Part shown: piece by piece, positions 9,909 to 22,171 of the stretch
Layout of the letters: the number at the start of each line of letters is the position of its first letter
Numbering within the stretch: position 1 is the first letter of the stretch
NCBI GenBank assembly: GCA_964036045.1
Contig: OZ038379.1
Span: 13,454,001 to 13,518,000 of the forward strand
Direction of reading: 5' to 3'
Length of the DNA stretch: 64,000 nt
From: Eutreptiella sp. 'Long Island Sound 2002'
Lineage: Eukaryota > Protista > Euglenida
Position numbers and translations under genes: made by a program
Notes under the pieces: model-generated
Databases searched by the model: none
The model's input: only the letters and a program-made list of their open reading frames with translations
What the model was told of the DNA's origin: nothing

Positions 9909-10760
9909 GGGGTATATTTCGGGGATCACCGGGACACGGCACAGTGCATCCCCATCACTCAGAAACAAACAAATAACAGGGGAGAGCTCCTCGCGGCTAT
10001 ACATGCCATTCACCATAGGACACAGCACAAGCGCACACTGATCTGCTCTGATTCAAAACTAGTGGTCATGGGGGCCACAGGCAAAGCCAGCAAATGGCGG
10101 CGCCATGACTGGCAAGGTTCGCGGGGGCCGGTGGGCCACGTGGACCTGTGGGAGCAACTCCTTGGGGAAATTGAGCAGGCAGGGGCAGCGGTACGCTGGC
10201 TGCATGTCCCCTCACACGTTGGCATTGTAGGGAACACACACGCGGACACACTGGCTGACATGGGCCGCCGCAAATCCCCCCTCCTCCGAGGGTATGTCAC
10301 CTCAGCCCGGCGCCCACAGCAGGAAGGGCAGGCACAAGAACAGGAAGACGAGTCCGACCTGGATGAGCCACCCATGTTTTCTCCGGAGGAGCGGGCGGCC
10401 AGCCCGCCTCCTCGTGGCACCCCCCCCCCCCCGACCCCCCGCAGACAGGGAGTTACTCCACTGCTGGAAGTCGAAGACTGCACCCCAGCCTCCAAGAGAC
10501 CACGCCACTCACCAGGCTGTACTGACCCGGCCTCTGGGTGGAGGTCGCGGGCGGTCTCCCGCTCACCACGGCAAACACCAATGCGTGACGTCAGGCAGGA
10601 ACTCTTCCCCTCGTCAGCCCCCCCCTCCTCCCCAGGCAGCTGTGATGAGGCCTGGCTGGCACCCAGATCGCCAGCAACGGCCTCCACGATCACGTGCAGC
10701 ACGGAGGGCTCACGGTGTGGAACACCGGACCCCAGCCGCCCTTTGTTTGGCACGCCATAA
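9909..10760 (+). pseudogene. Cellular-type RNase HI domain plus S/T-P-rich tail, 5'-disrupted retroelement-like relic
   Basis: Motifs QTNNRGELLAA, ICSDSKLV, LWEQLL and HVPSHVGIVGNTHADTLAD. The N-terminal DGS motif is not in frame; a possible frameshifted VYADGS..GGYG lies at about 9791-9845, ahead of a G/C-run insert. Confidence 0.8.
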
Positions 10761-10828
10761 TGCACGCGAGCCCACACCCCCATAGGATCAGACTCCATGA
10801 GCGTCAGACACCCCAAACAGGGCAAGAG

Positions 10829-10901
10829 ACCGGCACGGCCTAGTAGTGAGAGCGGTAGTCTTCAGTCGTCCAGTGCGGGGGTTCGATCCCGGGAGCTGGT
10901 G
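10829..10901 (+). other. Degenerate tRNA-like (SINE-head-like) sequence
   Basis: Canonical 72-nt geometry, 6/7 acceptor pairs, A-box-like GGCCTAGTAG and perfect B-box GGTTCGATCC. Anticodon and T stems pair only 2/5. Confidence 0.5.
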
Positions 10902-12507
10902 CTCTTGGGTTCCCTGCACGTAGAGCTCTCTAGTCGGCGTCGTGGGAACCACCCCCCCCTACAGCAACCCGCGCCACCACCGGTACCGGTGGATCGGGTG
11001 GAGGTCTCGTCCGTTTTGCCCCAACCCCCAAAAAGTGACACGCAGGAACCACACACACCTGCAGCAGTGCGCGCCGCCACCTGTACTCGAACAGGTCGAT
11101 GGGAGGTCCCGTCCGGTATTCGAAGGGATCGGTGGGAGACCACCGATCCCGGGACTCGAACCACCTCCCTCACGGCAAACGCCGGGTGCGCTGCCACTTG
11201 AGCGGCCGCCTTCTGAGAAGTGCTGGAACTTGGCACAGGGAACGACCACACACGCAAACACACTCACCACACATGCAGGCGCCTCGGCGCCGCCCAGCCT
11301 TCCCACCCTCTGTATGGCTGTATGTTGACCTCCGAAAAGCCAGTACCCACTGGGGTTTTTAAATCCTAAGGACCTAAGTAGCCCAGGGCCGGTGGCAGTG
11401 GCCCACAAGGGTGACCTCTGACCGCCCCACCCCCCACGACTAGGTGACCCGGAATCACAGGTGTGTGGCCGAGAGGGGCCAGCGCAAGCGAGCATGCCAG
11501 TGCGACGGTGGGAGCCAAAGTGGGACACAACAAACGCTACGCCCCAAACTCAGTCCGAAGGCGACAATGCCCTGAACCCTGTAGAAGCAGCCCGACTCTT
11601 ACCCCATCCAGGGACGAGGGAAGGGACGAACTGCAAAGCACTGTCTGCGTGACACGGACAATCATGGAACCGAGATGGCGATGAAGGTCGTGAGGCAGGC
11701 GCGGCTGGAGCTAAGTGGCGGGTCCACACCTGACCAATTGAGGCCCCCCTCCCCCCTCCGCTCAAGCAACGCCCTGCCTTCACCCCCACCATCTCCAAGT
11801 CGACCCGGCCGTAGTCTCATTGCATCGCTGGAGGCTAAGCAGCGTGATCTTGTGCCATCACAGCATGCGACTACCCTGTCAACGTCGACGCGTGGTGCGA
11901 CTGAGGCCCGGTTGGTGTAGAACAATGGTACCATGGAATGTTGCCCAAAAGTAAAAGTGGTCAAGGTGCCTTAGCATCACAAATGGGTGGCCAATTGTTG
12001 TGTTTGGGTGGAATCAACAATGTTGGGGTCTAAGATTAGGCCGCAGGGCACCTTGTTGATTCAAAAAAGTCGGTTTTGCCTCTTGCTTTCCACGGGACAC
12101 ATGGCAATGAATGCTAGGACACATGTACACACCAAGCCTGGGACCACTATAGGACAAGTGACACAAATGGTTGCCACGGGATTGGAACTTGCAACCTTTT
12201 GACTCGTAGTGCAGTGCACATACCACTGGAGTACTGCCTGCAGCGTCACACAATTGCTCAAGGACCATGTACAGACCGAGGGAAGATTTTTTCTCAAAAA
12301 TGGACAAAGATCTTGTGTTTCCACATGACTCTAACTGCAAAGCAACCAAAAGGAAGGTGTGTTCGAGCTTGGGACCGAAATCCAGGTCACTGGGAAGCCG
12401 TTTTGCTGAAAAATCGGTTCACTGAAATCACCTCGAAGACTGTTGTTGGATTAAGTGCAGGCGTGGACGCCATATAACCCTCTTTTTGGGGTCATTCGCA
12501 TAGGATA

Positions 12508-14200
12508 GAGGGTGCCTCGCACGCAGTGCGTGCGATGCGGCTGTCATGGTCCCCCTCCGCTTCGATTGCCCATAGTTCATCTCTACCGGTGCAGCGGACA
12601 TCGCCGGGACCTTCGCGCTCACGGGGCAGATCTTCACAACATCAACATCAAAGCTGAGGCCCAAAAGAGCGCATGCTCCAAAGACTACGGTGTGGTCCCG
12701 TCAAAGCGAGAAGGAGCACAACATTATCTTGCAACAATTAAAAGATCTCTTCTAGATTTACATAAGAGGGAGAGGGTCTTCTTGGATCAACTAACCAAGC
12801 ACTTTGCCCAATCTGAGCCCCCTAAGTTTCCTCTGTGTAAATGTGGGCCTCGTCAACAGGAGGTCTACCAACAACAATTCCGAACGGCGCATGTGAATTT
12901 TTGGAATCAGAACCCGGACTACCCCCCACTCCCGGCTAGAGCACCCACAGTTCTTGAACAGATTTTGAAAGTGGGCAAAGGGAAACACATTCCAAAGGAC
13001 ACGGAAGATAAGGAAGAAACGGAGAGGTTGCAACAAAATAAGGCGCGGGAGAAGCGGAAGGAGACGGAAAAGGTGGCATCACAATCGGCCACACAAACCT
13101 CCAGCTCCTAGCATCTCCGGATTATTTAGGACACGCTCCCCCTTCCCCTCCCCCAATGAAGGTTCTACGCCGGGGACTTCTTTTTCCATCCCACAACCTC
13201 CGAAAGCGGCACCCCCCTTTCCTAAAAAGCGAAAGCATGCTCACCCCCAGAACATCCTACTACCCCAGGCTAGGGAAAGAAGGCAGATGAACGAACAACC
13301 AAGCAGGTGTTGAAGTACCTTTTGAAGGTGTGGCATGGGGTGGCCCATCAAATTCCGGTGAAGGAAGAGAACGTGCGTTGGTGGATGGTGAGGTGTGGAA
13401 GGAGGCTAATAAAAGATGGCTAGGAAGTTGTCATACTTTGTAGATCTCTTCGCGAGGAAATAGCCCTCAAGGGTTGCGATGAGGTGATTGCAGAGGAGTG
13501 GTATCAGAAATATGGGCATGGTGTTCTGCTCATGCGAGAAGAGATGTTCATTTTCTTTTTTAAAACATGATGCCACGGCAAAGGATGTAACGGCTTATGT
13601 GTCACAATTTGCGGCTAGTGCTGATGTGGTTGATGCAACCGTGCTGCAACCGTGAAAAAAGATCATGAATATCTCAATATGGTGATGGACGAGATTCGAT
13701 GGTTTGGCTGCTTGAACCATAAGAGTCATAGCCCTCATTTCCCTGACCTTGTGACCCACTTCACGGACTCTATGCCTGTTAGCTCGATAGGTGGTGTGCA
13801 TATTTGGAAGCTAACCTTTGTCGTTGACCACTGAGGGAACAGAGTTTGGATTGGTCCACTCATGCCTGGCACCACACCGGATGTTATAATATGGGACAAA
13901 TATGGTCCATCAACGAAGTTGGGTTTATTCAAGAATTTTGAGGTAGGGAATCACGATGGTGCATACAACGGCCGCTTGCATTGGCATACTCCTTTCATCG
14001 GCCGCAAGGTTCTTACAAACGTGAAAGAGAGTATAACAATGTATATGGCTATTATCGTCTTCGTGTTGAGCACCCATTTGCCCGTTTGTGGCATTGGAAG
14101 GTCATTCGAGACATTTGGATGGGTTCTGCTCGTGACCTACATGCCAATACACCCATTCTTTTGCATTTTACACAATTTCAGATCCGTTGGTAGGTGTTGT
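12508..14200 (+). mobile_element. Degenerate PIF/Harbinger-type DNA transposon (left end plus transposase relic)
   Basis: Begins with TIR GAGGGTGCCTCGC, also seen on the MITE at 57280-57980. A transposase relic lies downstream. The right end was not found. Confidence 0.55.
13652..14193 (+). pseudogene. PIF/Harbinger (DDE_Tnp_4-like) transposase relic
   Basis: FTDSMP (D1), FVVDH*G, MPGTTPD, HDGAY..HTPF (D2), then a frameshift to EREYNNVYGYYRLRVEHPFARLW (E). Confidence 0.7.
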
Positions 14201-14434
14201 ATTAGCCGTACGGACTTTGGGAGCATTTCCCTTCTTCAATTTGGCACGACGAGGAAGCACCTTCATTGGAGCTTGACTTGGATGATACCTATATGTGCCA
14301 ATTGTGTGCACATAAGGACATTTCAAGAGTGCTCGCAACACCATCTGTTTTTGTGCAATAAATGCATGGCAATGACTCATGTGATTTGCCAGATGATCAA
14401 CCATAATTATATTGTATTGTTGTTTTATTCAAAC

Positions 14435-14833
14435 CAGGGGGTGCCATAAGGACACTCACCCTTTTTTTTTTTAACTATGGCATCCACTCTCTGATGGTGG
14501 TGAGGTACCAGATCGTGAGGTACCTTAGTTGGTAGTTGTATTAACCTCTAATACCATAGGTCCCAGGTTCAATTTCCAGTGTTTGCAATATTTTTGGCTT
14601 CACTTTTTTGGTCTTTTTTATGTCTGCATGTTACCCCAGGCTGTGTTTGGCTTCTTTTTTTTGGTCTGTTTTATGTCCGCATGTTACCCCCAGCGGTTAC
14701 CCTCCAACTGCCATCGGTTACCCACCAACCGCCATCGGTTACCCACCAACCGCCATCGGTTACCCACCAACCGCCATCATAGGGCGTATTGGACACTCTG
14801 AGTTTTTTTTTTCTTTCATTACGGCACCCCCTG
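14435..14833. mobile_element. hAT-type MITE, 399 bp
   Basis: TIR CAGGGGGTGCCRTA / TACGGCACCCCCTG; perfect 8-bp TSD ATTCAAAC at 14427-14434 and 14834-14841. Confidence 0.9.
14694..14777. repeat. 21-bp tandem repeat x4 inside the hAT MITE
   Basis: Unit CGGTTACCCACCAACCGCCAT. Confidence 0.95.
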
Positions 14834-17773
14834 ATTCAAACATTGAGAAAAATTGCGTGTTTAGAAGAAATTTGCTCCAGGTGTGTTCATTGTGCATGTG
14901 CTTTTCACTTGTTGTGAGGTGGTGTTGAGGCTACAATTTGGGGCACCAAGTGGCTTGGGTGGTGGGGGTGGGGTGAGACGTGAGGCTGTCCACCATTGTG
15001 GGGGTATAGTATGGTCTAGTGAGGCAAGAACATTGCCAATTGTAGCAAAAAATCCCAATTTCTGGTGTGTGTGCACTGCGTGCACATTAAAGGGAGAAAT
15101 AGGGAGTGCACACATGCCCCCTTGGTTTTTCTTACCCTTCGAGTCCAAAGTGAAGAGGAGCAACAGAGAGGGCCAACCTATTCCAATTTTCCGCATTGGA
15201 ATTGGATATGTCTCCCCCATCATACCAGGACCGGCAAAACACAATAGCGGAAAAGAATATCCTACATGGAAGTAGAAACTATGAAGCACCAAGCCCTACC
15301 AGGTGGTGAAAAAAAACCCCATGCACTCAAACATTCTCTATGCCAAAAAGTGGGTCATGTACATTATATAGATAAAAAAGATGCCCGGCATGCACAGGGT
15401 GTGTTCCGCTCCCCCATGGTAGTTGGTTCAACAACGTCACTGCGGCATTGGTGCCCAGTGCATGTGCGGCACTTGCGTGGCACTTTGCCAGACAAGGAGA
15501 AAGAAGTGGTTTGGCTCCAATCCAGACCCCCTGCCCTAGAAATGGTGCATTCAAATGCCCTCCAATGAGAAGGCTGAAGTGTGCACCAATGGACACCACT
15601 CAAGGCACCGCATTCTGTTTTGCCCTCCAAACCATGACCCAGAGTTGTCATATGAGGCATCTCGTTGGGTTTGACGATAGCCCACAACAGTGACCAAAGC
15701 CAACATTCCTGACATTGACATGGATCCATCACATGTGGACGGACAGGAAGGTATTGAATCTGTCTGTCAACAAGACATATTGCAAGGGTGAAGAGGAATG
15801 CCACACTGGCTCCGTACATCTTAGTATCTTGCCTTGCTGGTGCTTCTTTCGTTTGGGCCAGTTCATGTGTTGTGCTTAGGCAAGCTCACGGAGCCTGACA
15901 TCAACGAGAAGTGTGGGGTGCTGAAGGCGTGGATTGAGACCATCCACTACCTCCAGCACTGGTTCACACAAGCCAAGTGGAGCTTTGACACCGGCGCATT
16001 CCAAAGGGCACATTTCAGCCTTTGGCAGCTGCAGACAGTGATGCCTTCGATTGCGGATGTTAATGCCATAGTGCCCATCCAAGTCCTGAGGGTCCTGGTG
16101 CACAGTGCCATTGCAGGTGCCTGCTTTCCAAGGGGTGGTAGGGGTTCAGAGAGGATTTTCGTAGCGTAGGGTGCAGTGGATAAGGGCAGGTGCCCCTCCT
16201 CTGTGGACTGAGTCTGCGACCCTGCTCTCTCTCCTTTTCCGCAACAGCCCTCCGCTGACAATTTGCAACTGACAGCAACTGCTCCGGACCATTTGCCAAC
16301 TCCGTCCAACTGCTCCTAACACGCCACTTTGAGCCCTCCCCCTTCCAGTGCATCCCTGGTACAGGGGCTCTACACAGGCTGTATAGATGTTTTATATGGT
16401 TTGACTCTGAAACAGCATCATGCAGGGACATCATCATTGTCCTCCTGTTGGGGTGCACATCAACATGTGTATTTGCACGCCCGTACTTCATGAGCTTCTG
16501 TCAACTTAATGGGAGCCCACCCTGGGTTCAAAGGCATTGCCCACAGCCCATTGGTTGTGAGGTCAATATTCTCTTTCCTTGCTTAACCCCGCCCCCCCCA
16601 GCTCCCATGGTCAAGGAGTTTGGACTCACTGCAGCAAGAGTTAACACAAACAGAGCCATCATGGAGGACGCTCCATGGTTGCCCTCTGAGGTGCAGCCAA
16701 AGTCTAGCCACTTGCGTTTTCCTTCGTGAATGAAAATGGGCTTGTTGTAATTATCTGCACGGCTGGATGCAGAGGGATACCCCCTGATCTGAATGAGATG
16801 TTTTCCAAAAAAGACAATAATCTTGAGCATATCATTGGCTCAACATGCAGACCTAGGTGGTCAAAATATTTTTTTTCCACTGCTTTCTGAATATGCCCCA
16901 CATACCCCCTTTTCAAGCCCTTCCGTGACCAGGCAACACTATCATCTATCTTGAAAACGCTGTACGCTGTACGTGTGCACGTTTGTTGCGTGCTCAATAG
17001 ATAGGTTGGCTCAGCAACCCCATCCGCATAGATATGCGGCCACCATTGATGAAAAAACTTGTTCTCCCAGAACCCTCTAGCCTTGTGTTAGACCCTCCCA
17101 CATCAGGGGTGTGGAGCACAGGAAACACAATCAAGTGTGTTAAATGGGAAGTACCAATAAGCAAAGCGACTTTTACGGTTGGTCCCTCATACTGGTAGCC
17201 ACACTATGCACTCTTGTAGAATCGCTCTTTTCCGCACTGCAAATAGCAAGAGAGCTGTGTCAGCTCGAGAGTCCGTCACCCCCACAGTGGGTGTCATCCT
17301 GGTCGAGGTAGAGGGTCTTCTACAGCTCATTAAGACGTGTGCTAGTGATGCCCTTGACAACGTGAAGAGCTTCCTCCTTGGCGTGTCTGACTTGGGACAT
17401 GATGCTATGAAAAGCGCCAAGATAGATTGGAAAGCGTCAAGCGAATGTCACTAATGAGTTATGGATGAGCCTGAGGGGGAGGAGGGCAAGGCTTCAAGCG
17501 GCGGTTTCCGCACATTTCACTGATATTGTCGCTGTTGCGCACCAGGGTGGGGGTTTCTAGGGCAGTGTAACAGTGTATTGCCCCCCCCCCCCCTTGGCGA
17601 GAAAAAGAACGGGAAAATCCACTTTGTAACTCAGGCAGAGAGAGGCAATATCACAGAGTGTTGAAATAAAATTATGCAACAAAATAGAATCACATGTGTG
17701 ATTTTAAATAGGTCCATGGTTCATGAGACTATGATCGGCATATGCCTTCCCTAGGGTGCGACATCCATGCCCC

Positions 17774-18297
17774 GGGGAATGCTTTCCCTGCGGCGCCTGC
17801 AATGCGCCCTGTGGCACGCAGTTTGGGTAATTATACAAGAATACACGCGGAATAGTGCCGCATACGTACACACATTTGTTACATACCATTTACCCCCCCC
17901 CCCCCCCACACACACACACCACTTTTGTCTCCTATTTGATGGTACATTCCCCTTTTTGGGCCTCTATCTTTCACAAATGGTGCATTTGATTCCGTATGAT
18001 GTTGATCCGTGATGGGCACTCTTTCATTCGAGGCCTTGGAGAGCATCTGTTTGCCCAATTGTACAATTGGGCTGTGTGCCGCGAGCCGGGCACCAAGTTG
18101 GGGATGAACTGGGAGGAGCACATCCTACGACTCCATTAGATGGTCCATGCTGTGAACAACATTTCATCAACAAGTGCAACGTTAAGTACAAGCCATATGG
18201 TCCATGGGGTCATTTTCTTGGACAATGTACACTAAAGCTAATTCCCCTTTCCCTGCGGCGCCCGCGGCGCGCCTGCGGTGCGCAGGAAGCATTCCCC
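17774..18297. mobile_element. MITE-like element
   Basis: TIR GGGGAATGCTT(T)CC / GGAAGCATTCCCC with CTGCGGCGCC motifs inside both ends; no TSD seen. A related right end at about 35230-35282 lacks the GC array. Confidence 0.55.
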
Positions 18298-20419
18298 TGT
18301 GTGGTGATGCTGGTGGTAGATCGATTGTGTATGAGTCCTTGACAGAGGCAGCCTACGGCATGCCACTGCCTGCCCATGCTGATGGAGTTGGAACCTTTTT
18401 GAGCATGTCCATCCCCCCTACTGCACAGTCTCTACTCAGATGAGCTTTGTGCTGCTTTGGTAATGTGCTGCTCCTTTCCAGACTGGGAGGTGGATTATGG
18501 GACACGCTCAGCTAGTCGTCATGTCAGACACACTCATGGACAGCATGGCAGCAAGCGTACCTAGAGCCTTGCACAATAATGCCAATATGGTGTAGATGTT
18601 GCTTTGCCAATACCCACACTGTGCTCCTCTTAAGTGGTCAGTTTGTACAGGCACTATGGCCTTGGACTCCTAGTTGAGACGGTGGGCTTGGGCACTTTCT
18701 CAATCCAACATTTTGGTTGATTTGTATGGCTACTTGCCCAAGGCAGGCCCTAGCCAATGTGTACAAGCAGCTTGCCGGCCTCATGTCAACACATTCATCT
18801 AGGCACAATGCCTCGCCCCCAAGTAGTTTGTAATGGCATTGTGCTGCGCAATTGTTTGCCACACCAATAAATATCGCAAGCCAAGATCCTCCTTGGCACC
18901 ACGGCACACCACTCACCATGCCATCCTAGTTGAACACCCTATTTTGCCTCTGAGCATCCTTGGCCCCAAATATTGAGTGGTGCCACGCGAAAAATGCCCG
19001 TAAACATCTCCAACAAGTAGGTCCGTGCAGCGGAGGTGTGACAAGGGGGGTGCACTATGCGCTGTGCGCACGCTGTGCGAAGAGTCGGCTGTTTTTCACC
19101 ACCGGTAGCCATGGGTCCCAGGGTCCTGAATTCTGCACCCTACAGCCCCTGCTGGTACACCAGGGATTTTTTGTTTTAGTCTGATGCTTGCCCCAGGGTC
19201 CTGAATTCTGCACCCCTGATGCTGCTTTGAATGGATCATGCATGCTTCTGTAGGTGGGTGGTTTTCAGGGGTGTTCCCGGGATAAACAACGTAATAATTG
19301 GCGCCGTGCCCGCCCTGTGCCCGCACTGTGCGCGTGCTGTGCAAAAACGTAACAGGGGAAGTAGTCGCTTGTGCATATCTCATAAGAGGATGGGTGGCAT
19401 ACATGTCCTGCTGTGCAACTTAGATGACCCCTCTTCCTAGAGGTTGGCTGCCACAGGCCTCTGGCCCAATACCCAATCCTGGTTTAGGGATTGCCTACAG
19501 ACTGCAGAGGTGTCTTTCTGGTCCAACGTCACAGGGAATGCATGTGGACCTCAGCTGGACAGCATCGCCCCACGCACAGCTGCATCACTGGTGTGCAAAG
19601 CACGGTTGGCTCTTCTGCATCGACGCTGGCAAGAGGCTGCACAACTCACATCTGATCACTCTGTCCCTCCTAAGTGGCACAGGCGGGTGCATACTATTAC
19701 ACGCCTCATGGCTCAGGGCGCAAAGGTATCCTTCCAAGTCCTACAGATCCCTGAGAGTACTCCAGTCCCCCCCTGCACCTCTCCCCATGAATCCTGTGGC
19801 CCCACATCATCAACATGTGTGAGGAATAATGGTGCTGAGTTGTATGCGAAGCTATGGAAGCCGGAGGACTCCCAAAGTTGCAGCTGCCCATCTCGGCACC
19901 CTCACATATGGTACATGTGGCCAAAGCAGCTCTCTAGTGCAGTGGTGCAACAGTACACCCTTACGGCGGCCTGTGATTCAGCACAACAAGGCCCTGGCGG
20001 CACTGCACAATCATGTTTCAAGCTGAACCAAGTCCTAGCTCACCATCTGCTGTCGCGCCTGATGAGGAAACATGCAATCCTGGTTTGAGGACTGGATTTT
20101 TGATATCATGGGAGATTTCCTGAGAGCCTGAGAACACTAGTTCGGTTTTGTAAGTAGGCTAGAAAATGACAAAAGCAACAAGTTGTGTGTCCAGCTGGAT
20201 AACGGCTTGTTTAATGTTCATGCCCCCCAATTTGTGCCCTGTTTCAAAAAAAAAATTCAGGACCACTCCTGTCGCCCCGCTCTTCGTCCACCAGCCACCT
20301 CCAGAGCCTGCGACACCACGTTTCCCAGGTATTTCTTCCCAAAGGGACCGATCATTTCATGTCACCGCCCCCACTTTCCTCGAATCAAAGTGGCCGGAAC
20401 TCCAAGGCCATCTCACATA

Positions 20420-22171
20420 TCTCTCGGGGACATTCGGTATATCTCTCGGGGACGACCCTGTTCCTTCCAACTTTGTGGGTTTTCGCGGGTTGCTGACCTT
20501 GTTGCCTCATTTCTGCCAACTGAGTGTTCGGGAGGTAGGGGTATGTGGGGTATATTCGGAAAGCCCTTGAATAGGGCTTTTCAGAGATGTACGGGTTGGG
20601 GGGGGGTCCGGAACCATATTTTTTCGAAAATTGGCCGTTACTGTTGACAAGTTGGGTTTTTTTTGCCTGTTCTGATCCGGTTTCAGACAGACTGCACCGC
20701 ACTCCTACCCCCATTACTCCAACATATGGGCATATAAGGGTCAAATCATTCGGGTGGATTTGTTGCATTTGATGTGTAGAAGACATGTGCAACATGGGTC
20801 CCCCTAAGACCCCAATGTTGATCACTTTGACCAATGACTACCTTGGACACCCGGGTGATGCCTGGTGCAACTTGCAGCATCAAGCTCACCAGAGTGCAAG
20901 AAATCAAAGATGGCAGAATTTCTCAGACAGGCTGTCAAGTTGGGACATGGGACCACAATAGTTGGATTCAGCACGTCAAAATGCATCCATTTACCTCCTT
21001 TCACGTTGCTCCAACTCCACAATATGTCGGAGCACCCATGGGAAAACCTGTGAGTTGGTGTCCCGCACGCGTGAGCGGAGCAGCCTGAGGCCCGAAAACC
21101 CTGAAACACCGAAAAGTTCGGCCTCGGTACTCAAAAATATGGTCACCTATCCCCCCCCAACCCATACACTTCCGAAACGGCGTTTTCTCACAGATTTCAA
21201 AAAGTATACACATACCCCCCCCTAGGTGACGACATGTTTGCACGCGGAAGCAAAAGTTGCAGAAACTACCGAAAAGTGCCAAAACCCACAAAGTTGGAAG
21301 GTTCTGAATGTCCCCGAGAGATATACCAACACGGAGCGTTTTGGCACTTTTTGGGAAATGTTGCAATTTTCGCTTTGATGTGTGGAAGTAAGGACACCTC
21401 CCCTATTTTGAGGGTGGGGAACTCAGAAAAACATAATTTGGAAGGTATTTAGATGGTCAGGGGTGGGTTTTGGGGCCTAGTAAGGGGTTGGGAGGACTAA
21501 AAATAGGGCATGACACCATCCTACGCAGATTGCTAAAATTAGGCAGCTTAGAGACAAAATGGTGACGTGGGCCATGATTCACCACTAAAAGTGAGTGTGA
21601 AAGATGGAAATGAGCAAAAGGAAGGGGAATGCTTCCAAATTCCATTGTATGGGGTGGGCAAAGGGTAGGTAGGGATGGGCGACTTTTAGGGGTAAAGTGG
21701 CTATTTTTTACCACTCTGGGTAGGATTCCATCAACAGTGATGTCCTACCCCATTTTGTGATAATTTTCCCCTCGTACAGCTCTCCCACTGTCGCAACCTT
21801 CTCCGAAAGATAAATTTTTGAACCTCCCACCCCCAAAATAGGGGGGGCTACCTCTACAACCCCCCAGAAGAAAAGCGCACCTGGTAACGGGGATAGGGGT
21901 GCGGTGCAGTCTGTCTGAAACCTGACCAGAACAGGCAAAAAAAAAACCCAATCTGTCAATGGTAACAGCCAATTTTCGGAAAAACATGGTTCCGCCCCCC
22001 GCAACCCCAACCCATACATCTCTGAAAAGCCCTTTTCAAGGGCTTTCCGAATATACCCCATACAGCCCCCCCCCCCCCCCCCGAACGGGACACTCAGTGG
22101 GCACAAATGAGGCATTGACCCTTGAAAACGCTCCGCGGTGGCATAAATGTACCCGCAACGTCCCCGAGAGA
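20420..22171. mobile_element. TA-flanked MITE (TIR TCTCTCGGGGAC), outer copy
   Basis: caTA|TCTCTCGGGGAC ... GTCCCCGAGAGA|TAtg; long imperfect inverted arms. Confidence 0.75.
20442..21321. mobile_element. Same MITE family, nested inside the outer copy's left arm
   Basis: ggtaTA|TCTCTCGGGGAC ... GTCCCCGAGAGA|TAtacc. The outer arm resumes with AACACGGAGCG, as in the copy at 55449. Confidence 0.75.

Noticed and set aside
10829-10901. Functional selenocysteine or opal-suppressor tRNA (anticodon TCA)
   Set aside because: Anticodon and T stems pair only 2/5 and there is no long variable arm; kept only as a tRNA-like relic.
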